Assembly: GCA_963847625.1 (NCBI GenBank)
Contig: CAWKAR010000038.1
Location: forward strand, 1 to 64,000
Origin: a candidate division FCPU426 bacterium
GTDB lineage: Bacteria; Oederibacteriota; Muellerivitia; Muellerivitales; Muellerivitaceae
Direction: 5' to 3'
DNA length: 64,000 bases
Shown here one piece after another: positions 58,363 through 64,000 of this stretch. The position numbers and the translations under genes were made by a program. Under the pieces are notes generated by a model. That model was given only the letters and a program-made list of their open reading frames with translations. It was not told the origin of the DNA and did no database searches. Every line of letters starts with the position of its first letter. Position 1 is the first letter of the stretch.

Positions 58363-60279
58363 TTAAAGTTTAAATGTTTTAACCGTATCGATCATGGTCC
58401 GGACGTTTTCCAGGGGCGTCTCGGGCAGGATACCATGCCCCAGGTTAAAGATGTGGCCGGGGCGGCCGCCGGCTTTCTGAAGTATTTTTTCCGTCTCTTT
58501 GCGCACTTTATCGGGATCAGTCAAAAGAATATTGGGGTCCAAGTTGCCTTGGATGGCCACATCGCCCAGTTGTTTCCAGGCCTTGCCCAGGTCTACGTGG
58601 GAATCCAGGCCGATGACCGTGGCCCCGGTTTTAAGGATATCGGGGAAAAAAGGTTCGGTGTGGACTCCGAAGTAAATGAGAGGAACGCCTTTTTTCAAAC
58701 CGCTGGTGAGGATTTGCAGGAAGGGTAGGACCCAGCGTTTGTATTCATCGGGAGTGAGGATGCCCACCCAGGAATCGAACAATTGGAGGGCCTGGGCCCC
58801 GGCCTCCACCTGGGCATTCAGGTAGGAAACGGTGGCCTTGACGATTCGGACCATGAATTCATCCCAAACGGAAATATCCTCGCCCAGGACCGCGCGGGTC
58901 CGTGAAAAATCCTTGGAGGCCCCGCCTTCCAGCAGGTAAGAAGCCACCGTGAAGGGGGCGCCGGCAAAACCGATTAGGGGGATACCGGGTTTCAAGCGCG
59001 AGCGGATCAGCCGGACGGCTTCCATGACGTAACCCAAATCCCCGTTCCCATCCACTTCCCGGAGGCGTTTGAGGCCGGCCGCGCCCCCGAAGGGATTCCG
59101 GATAACGGGCCCGCCCTTTTCGGGAAACTCCAGTTGGAACCCGAGCGGCTCCGCGATTAAAAGGATGTCCGCGAAAAGAATAGCGGCATCCACCCCGAGG
59201 GCTTCCTGCGCCGACACTGCGGCTTCCGCAGCCAGCTCCGGCGTCTTACAGAGTTCCAGGAAGGAAACCTTGGAACGGATTTTCCGGTACTCCGGCAAGT
59301 AACGCCCGGCCTGACGCATGATCCAGACCGGGGTGCGGAAAGTCCGCTCCCGCCGGCAGGCTTTCAAGAATAGGTTGTCCGGGAGCTGGAAGGCTTTCTT
59401 GGGCGCGGAGGAAACCGGCAAGGTGAAACTGCTTTTAAACTGGTGAAGCTCGGGACCTTTTCGGGCGGCTTCCCTCACGAGGAAATCCATATTGTGCTGT
59501 TCAGGCTCGAAGTCCACCGTGAATCCGTGTCCTTGCAGGATATCGGTGACCGAGGTTCCTACGGACCCGACGACCAGGCGGGTGAAAGCCTCCATCAAGG
59601 GTTCCAAGCGGCCGAGGCTTTCCGCCAATTGGACCAGGTTATGGACCTGGTACCCGCTGGTAAAAAGGGCGATCGCTACTTTCCCTTTGAGGATGGATTC
59701 GATCAACTGGGCCAGGGGCTTGGTGTTGTCGGGGAGGGCCCAAAGATTGATAGGAACGCTTTCGACCTCCTGGGCGCCCAATTCCCTAAGGCTCTCCAAC
59801 AATTCTCGGTTGGTAAAGCCGAATTCCTGGACGGCCACCCTTTTATCTGTCAAGTCGACGAGGGCGGCCGGGATGTCCCGCCAAGTGGTCTGACCGGGAA
59901 GGGTGATGGCGGCCTTTAAACCGTATTCAGACAAAATCGAAGGGATTTGTGAGTCGCAGGCCACCAATATGCACCGCTTGAAAGTTTTAGTGATGTGACT
60001 TTGGGGGAACTGAGTTTCCAAAGCTTGGAAAAGCGCGCGGGTTCCAATTCCCGAAACGAGGATCAAAATGTCGAAATGGCCTTCCCGGAGCCGCTCAAAG
60101 AAAACGTAGGATTCCTTGTTCTCCTCCGGATGCATTTCCCTCATGGCGGGGGCGATCAAGGGTTTCCCGCCGTGGAGTAGGATTAAATTCTCCATTTCCT
60201 TGGCCATAAGGCTCTCAAACGCGGCCACGGTCAGGTTATTAAAGTTGTGTTTTTCCCTGGGATGGGTTGGTGTCGCCAT
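58363..60279 (-). CDS. hemE: Uroporphyrinogen-III synthase (HemD-like) / uroporphyrinogen decarboxylase (HemE) fusion
   Basis: N-terminal VAAFES..APAMRE..LFTSGYQV..VGSVG (HemD-like). C-terminal PVWIMRQAGRYLPEY, FAGAPFTVASY, QLFDSW, IFNLGHG. Confidence 0.9.
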   Translation of the reverse strand: MATPTHPREKHNFNNLTVAAFESLMAKEMENLILLHGGKPLIAPAMREMHPEENKESYVFFERLREGHFDILILVSGIGTRALFQALETQFPQSHITKTFKRCILVACDSQIPSILSEYGLKAAITLPGQTTWRDIPAALVDLTDKRVAVQEFGFTNRELLESLRELGAQEVESVPINLWALPDNTKPLAQLIESILKGKVAIALFTSGYQVHNLVQLAESLGRLEPLMEAFTRLVVGSVGTSVTDILQGHGFTVDFEPEQHNMDFLVREAARKGPELHQFKSSFTLPVSSAPKKAFQLPDNLFLKACRRERTFRTPVWIMRQAGRYLPEYRKIRSKVSFLELCKTPELAAEAAVSAQEALGVDAAILFADILLIAEPLGFQLEFPEKGGPVIRNPFGGAAGLKRLREVDGNGDLGYVMEAVRLIRSRLKPGIPLIGFAGAPFTVASYLLEGGASKDFSRTRAVLGEDISVWDEFMVRIVKATVSYLNAQVEAGAQALQLFDSWVGILTPDEYKRWVLPFLQILTSGLKKGVPLIYFGVHTEPFFPDILKTGATVIGLDSHVDLGKAWKQLGDVAIQGNLDPNILLTDPDKVRKETEKILQKAGGRPGHIFNLGHGILPETPLENVRTMIDTVKTFKL

Positions 60280-60400
60280 AAAAAGCAGTATAAAAGTGAA
60301 AAAAAGGGAAATCCACATAAGCCTGCTGTGGGTATAATGGACATAGGCTAGTCATTCGGGTCAAAAGCGGTGTTTTAAAACCAGCCTTGGAGAGGTGATT

Positions 60401-61799
60401 ATGAAGTGCCCCGGCTGCGGGTTTGAACAGGCGGATGGGCGCATTGATTGCGACCGTTGCGGCCTAGTCTTTGAAAAATGGCATCAACGGCATCCAGACC
60501 CTGCTCCCCCGGCTGAAACCCCGGCGGTCACAACGGAAAGCACTCCCTCTCCCGCTGCACCGGCGCCCGTAAAAGAAGAAGCGAAAAAGCCGGTTCTCGT
60601 TACCTTGCCGATTCCCGAGAAAAAACCAACCGCCCCCGCGCAGGTTCCAGTAAAAGCAGAGGGAAGTAAACCAGCCTCTATACCAACTCCGGCCCCCGTT
60701 TCCACCCCGATCCCGGAGAAAAAACCTCCCGTCTCCGCCCCGGCCAAGAAAGCCGAAGCGGACAAGCCCGCTGCCGCGATCCCGGTGTGGAGTCCCGAGC
60801 CGGAAATGCCGTCCCGCCGTCCCCCAAAAACCCAGCCTCTTGTCGGGAAAATGTCATTCTTTGTCCTCATGGGGGCGGTGGTATTGGTTATAGCTTTATA
60901 TGTTCTTGTGAATTACCTATCAACCGAATCCGGAAAGCATGGACCCCGTTGTCTGGTGACCTGGGGCGAAGAACGGGGAAGACCAGGGTCAAATGGACAT
61001 GCCCATCGCGGTGGCGGTCGACCAAGACCGGAACCTCTACCTCTCGGACCAAGGCAACAACCGGATCCAAAAATTCGATTCCAACGGCACGTTTCAACTC
61101 GCGTGGGGCGGGTCCGGGACAGCCGCGGGCAAGTTTAATAGACCCGTCCAGTTGGCGGTGGATTCAAAAAGTTTCCTGTATGTCGTGGATGGCGGCAACC
61201 ATCGGATCCAAAAATTCGACCTGAACGGGAACTACCAGGCGACGTGGGGGGGATTCGGCACGGACCCGGGCCAATTCAACCAGCCCTGGGGGCTGGCCAT
61301 CAGTTCCAAGGATGAGGTTTATGTGACGGACCAAAACAACCACCGGGTGGAGAAATTCACCGCGGATGGGACATTGATCAAAGTCTGGGGCGCCAATGGA
61401 AAGGACCAGGGGTCCTTCATTCAACCACACGGGATTGCGGTGGATTTGGATGGAAACATTTACGTGGCGGATTACTCCGAGCGAATCCAAAAGTTCGATA
61501 CCAACGGGGCCTTTATCGCTCAAATCGGGGGATTTGGACAGGAACCAGGCCAGTTCCACAAAATCCAAGGATTAGCCTTGGACAAAACCGGCCGCATATA
61601 CGTGGCCGATGGTGGAAATTACCGGGTCCAGGTATTTGACGCCCAATTAAAACCATTGGTAGCATGGGGGCACTTGGGTGGTAAGCCGGGGTTCTTCAAC
61701 TTTCCCGGCGGGGTCGCGGTGGACTCGAGCGGGTTTATCTATGTAACGGATTGCCAAAACGACCGGATCCAGAAGTTCGCGGAACTCAAAAACCAATAG
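60401..61799 (+). pseudogene. Zn-ribbon + Pro-rich linker + TM + NHL-repeat protein with a frameshift near 60963-60968
   Basis: CPGC..CDRC. After VTWG, removing one base gives KNGEDQGQMDMPIAVAVD, matching later blades such as WGANGKDQGSFIQP. The NHL ORF 60993-61799 is intact. Confidence 0.7.
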
Positions 61800-61918
61800 T
61801 TAAATCCTACGCGGCCGGATACGTTACCGATGGGTTGGTTCCCGCTATGAGCCCGGCATCTTCCCCGAAAAAATTTTCTCATTTTGCTTTTTCAGCAGCC
61901 CGCAATAGGAATTAGGGA

Positions 61919-62500
61919 TTGAATAAAATCAGAAGAGTCTTTATCCAGGGGATCGGTCTCGGGCTTGGGGCCGGCCTATGTTCAGCGGGGGCACTGGCGC
62001 TGATCTTTAAAACCACCCATGGCGGCAGTCCGCAGGGCCATCCGGGATATTTCACCTTCTATTTCCTGGGGGTGGGAGCCCTCCTGGGGTTGATCGGCGG
62101 ATGGTGCCTGGCCCTGCAACTGGTTTTAAACCAACTTTTAAGCTCGCTTTTCCTCCAAATCTCCCGGTTGATTCCCTTGACCACCTCCCTGATCGGCCAG
62201 GAATGGGCCGCCAAAATGGAAATTTTTTTCCAGGAAGTCTTGAAGCCGTTGCCCGCATTCTTCGGGAAGCTGGTGGAGTTTTTCCTGGTCCGCCGGTTCA
62301 GGAATTACACTAGGATAAACAAGGCCATCTTCAAGGCCAAGAACAAGCAGAACCTCCCGGCCTATTCGCCGGAGTGGATGGCCCGGGTGGTATTGCATTA
62401 TTTATTGGAACCTTTATGGCTACTATTTTACCTGGCCTACGCGGTTCTATTTTTAACCGCTTTTATGTTTTTATCGTTGCCCTTTATCAGGGGTGGCTGA
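61919..62500 (+). CDS. Hypothetical membrane protein
   Basis: 193-aa ORF with about three hydrophobic segments. Confidence 0.6.
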   Translation: MNKIRRVFIQGIGLGLGAGLCSAGALALIFKTTHGGSPQGHPGYFTFYFLGVGALLGLIGGWCLALQLVLNQLLSSLFLQISRLIPLTTSLIGQEWAAKMEIFFQEVLKPLPAFFGKLVEFFLVRRFRNYTRINKAIFKAKNKQNLPAYSPEWMARVVLHYLLEPLWLLFYLAYAVLFLTAFMFLSLPFIRGG

Positions 62501-62720
62501 GAACTTTCAACGGTTCCATTTGAAATAACAGAATGGAAGGTTTTACGGGAAGCTGTAACTTCCTCATTTGTCACCCGGCGTCCCTCCGCCCATTGGGGGG
62601 ATATGGGTTGTTGGTGGAGGCCCCGCGGTTTGTTATCATGCCAAGACCTTTGAGCGCTCAGAGGGTTCAACCTCAAATCAAATGTTGAAAAAAATTTTCC
62701 GAATAACTTGAGGAGTAATT

Positions 62721-63518
62721 TTGAAAACCCCTTTATACGAAAAATGGAAAAACGCGCAAGCCCAATGGGATGACGAGGAATACCTGAAGTCCCTCACCTC
62801 CCTGATGAAACTTCGCTACAAGCGTCTTGACGCGAAAGCGCATGGGATTTTTCAGGAACAATTCCAAAACCGGTTTTCAGATTCAGGGAGTAGAAAGCCC
62901 CTGCTGTTGGACCTGGGGTGCGGCCGGTCGGAATTCGGGGCTTATCTTCATGCTGCATGGAAAAAGGACCCGGAAAAAGCCCCGTGGAATTACCTCGGGA
63001 TCGAACCTTCCCTGGTGCAGTTGAATCACCGCGATGTCGAGAGCCTCGGCTGGGGTTTCCTCCAGGCCCTGGGGGAACAGGTGCCCCTGCAGGATATGGC
63101 CTGCGAGGGTGTCCTGGTCAAGGAGGTGATCGACCATTGCTATGATCCCTTGGGGGTGTTCCGGGAAGCCCACCGGATTTTAAAACCCGGGGGGGTTTTC
63201 GTGGCGACGGTGACGAACGACCGGAGCTATTTCAAACGCCTGTTTCCCGGGATGAACCGGAAGCTGAAGGAAAAACAAACCGACCATTTATTTTTTTTCG
63301 GGCCGGAAGAACTGAAAAAAATGGCCTTGGAGGCGCAGTTTGACAGCGTTCAAACCCAAACCTATAATTACCTGAAATTGCCGCGCTCATTGGAAAAACT
63401 CCTGGGCTTTTCAGGGGAACCCTTCAATCGTCTTCTGCTGGAAATAACGGACCGCGCCGGCCAAGCCCTTTTGCCGGGTTTGGGCGGCGGTATTCTTCTG
63501 AAAGCAGTGAAAAAATGA
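62721..63518 (+). CDS. Class I SAM-dependent methyltransferase
   Basis: GAGGAG RBS before TTG. LLDLGCG, EVIDHC, RILKPGG. Confidence 0.85.
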   Translation: MKTPLYEKWKNAQAQWDDEEYLKSLTSLMKLRYKRLDAKAHGIFQEQFQNRFSDSGSRKPLLLDLGCGRSEFGAYLHAAWKKDPEKAPWNYLGIEPSLVQLNHRDVESLGWGFLQALGEQVPLQDMACEGVLVKEVIDHCYDPLGVFREAHRILKPGGVFVATVTNDRSYFKRLFPGMNRKLKEKQTDHLFFFGPEELKKMALEAQFDSVQTQTYNYLKLPRSLEKLLGFSGEPFNRLLLEITDRAGQALLPGLGGGILLKAVKK

Positions 63519-63537
63519 AATCTGTCAAAGGGAAAAA

Positions 63538-63699
63538 ATGAACCCAGAACTCCTGAATATCCTGATCTGCCCGGCCTGCGGCGCCTCCGTGCGCGAGAAA
63601 GATAACGCCATCGAATGCACCGACTGCAAGAACCGGTATCCCATCATCAATGGAATTCCTGCCCTCATTGTGGACCGTGCGGAAAAAGCCAAGTCCTGA
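63538..63699 (+). CDS. Trm112/YcaR-family protein (53 aa, not in the ORF track)
   Basis: Own translation MNPELLNILICPACGASVREKDNAIECTDCKNRYPIINGIPALIVDRAEKAKS. Confidence 0.88.
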   Translation: MNPELLNILICPACGASVREKDNAIECTDCKNRYPIINGIPALIVDRAEKAKS

Positions 63700-64000
63700 T
63701 CCCCTGAGGATCGGAATCGATGCCAGGCTGGCCTACCACCGCGGCGTGGGAACCTATGCCGCCAACCTGATCATCGCCCTATCCAAAACCGACCCGAGAA
63801 ACGAATATTCGCTTTTTAACGCCCCGCCATTACTCAAAGAAAAGGTTCAAAACCGGAATTTCCAATGGGTGGATCTGCCGCCCAAAAACCCCGCCTACTA
63901 CGAACAAATTCAATTGCCCCGCGCCGCCCGCGAAAGGAAACTGGATTTCCTCCATTACGTGGACAATACCGCCACCTTGTTTGATCCCTTCCCCTACGTG
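63677..64000 (+). CDS. GT4 glycosyltransferase (3'-truncated by window)
   Basis: Own translation ...LRIGIDARLAYHRGVGTYAANLIIALSKTDPRNEYSLF...YEQIQLP...LDFLH. Confidence 0.8.
   Translation, partial: MRKKPSPDPLRIGIDARLAYHRGVGTYAANLIIALSKTDPRNEYSLFNAPPLLKEKVQNRNFQWVDLPPKNPAYYEQIQLPRAARERKLDFLHYVDNTATLFDPFPYV

Noticed and set aside
62500..62720. Possible ncRNA (6S-like) in the intergenic gap
   Set aside because: Some short stems, but no recognisable conserved motif by eye. It would need an Rfam scan.

Overview
Chromosomal window from a diderm bacterium. A GT9 heptosyltransferase-like gene and two predicted outer-membrane beta-barrels support this. The mucin-like Thr/Pro proteins with a FlgD-Ig/T9SS-like tail resemble those I associate with the uncultured FCPU426 lineage, but that is inference only. 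Contents in order: (1) the 3' part of a giant Thr/Pro-repeat + NHL-propeller surface protein. (2) A ~15 kb LacI-associated beta-mannan utilisation locus (4.5-19.4 kb): ABC solute-binding lipoprotein, GH130 phosphorylase, HAD-IIB phosphomannomutase-like enzyme, two CBM-like lipoproteins, a double-GH5 protein whose first domain lacks the catalytic glutamates, and a SASA esterase with an inserted CBM. It has no SusC/SusD pair but does have a ~1416-aa protein of five tandem CBM-like repeats fused to a predicted beta-barrel, the best candidate for a new system. (3) DUF4912-GH57-ROK, ilvD and a DapF with Ser at both catalytic Cys positions. (4) A surface-glycosylation region: three YfhO/GT-C, GT2, flippase-like proteins, methyltransferases, UDP-GlcA decarboxylase and a B12 radical SAM with CX12CX2C. 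(5) DksA-like, lemA-htpX-like and an unusual ~770-bp array of ~21.5-bp period whose core switches block by block. (6) The heme genes hemD-hemE (fused), hemH and hemY, interrupted by an IS30 inserted in a start codon and by nested palindromic mini-elements. Two genes carry single frameshifts. No rRNA, tRNA or CRISPR was recognised. All product calls come from motif recognition by eye; no searches were run.
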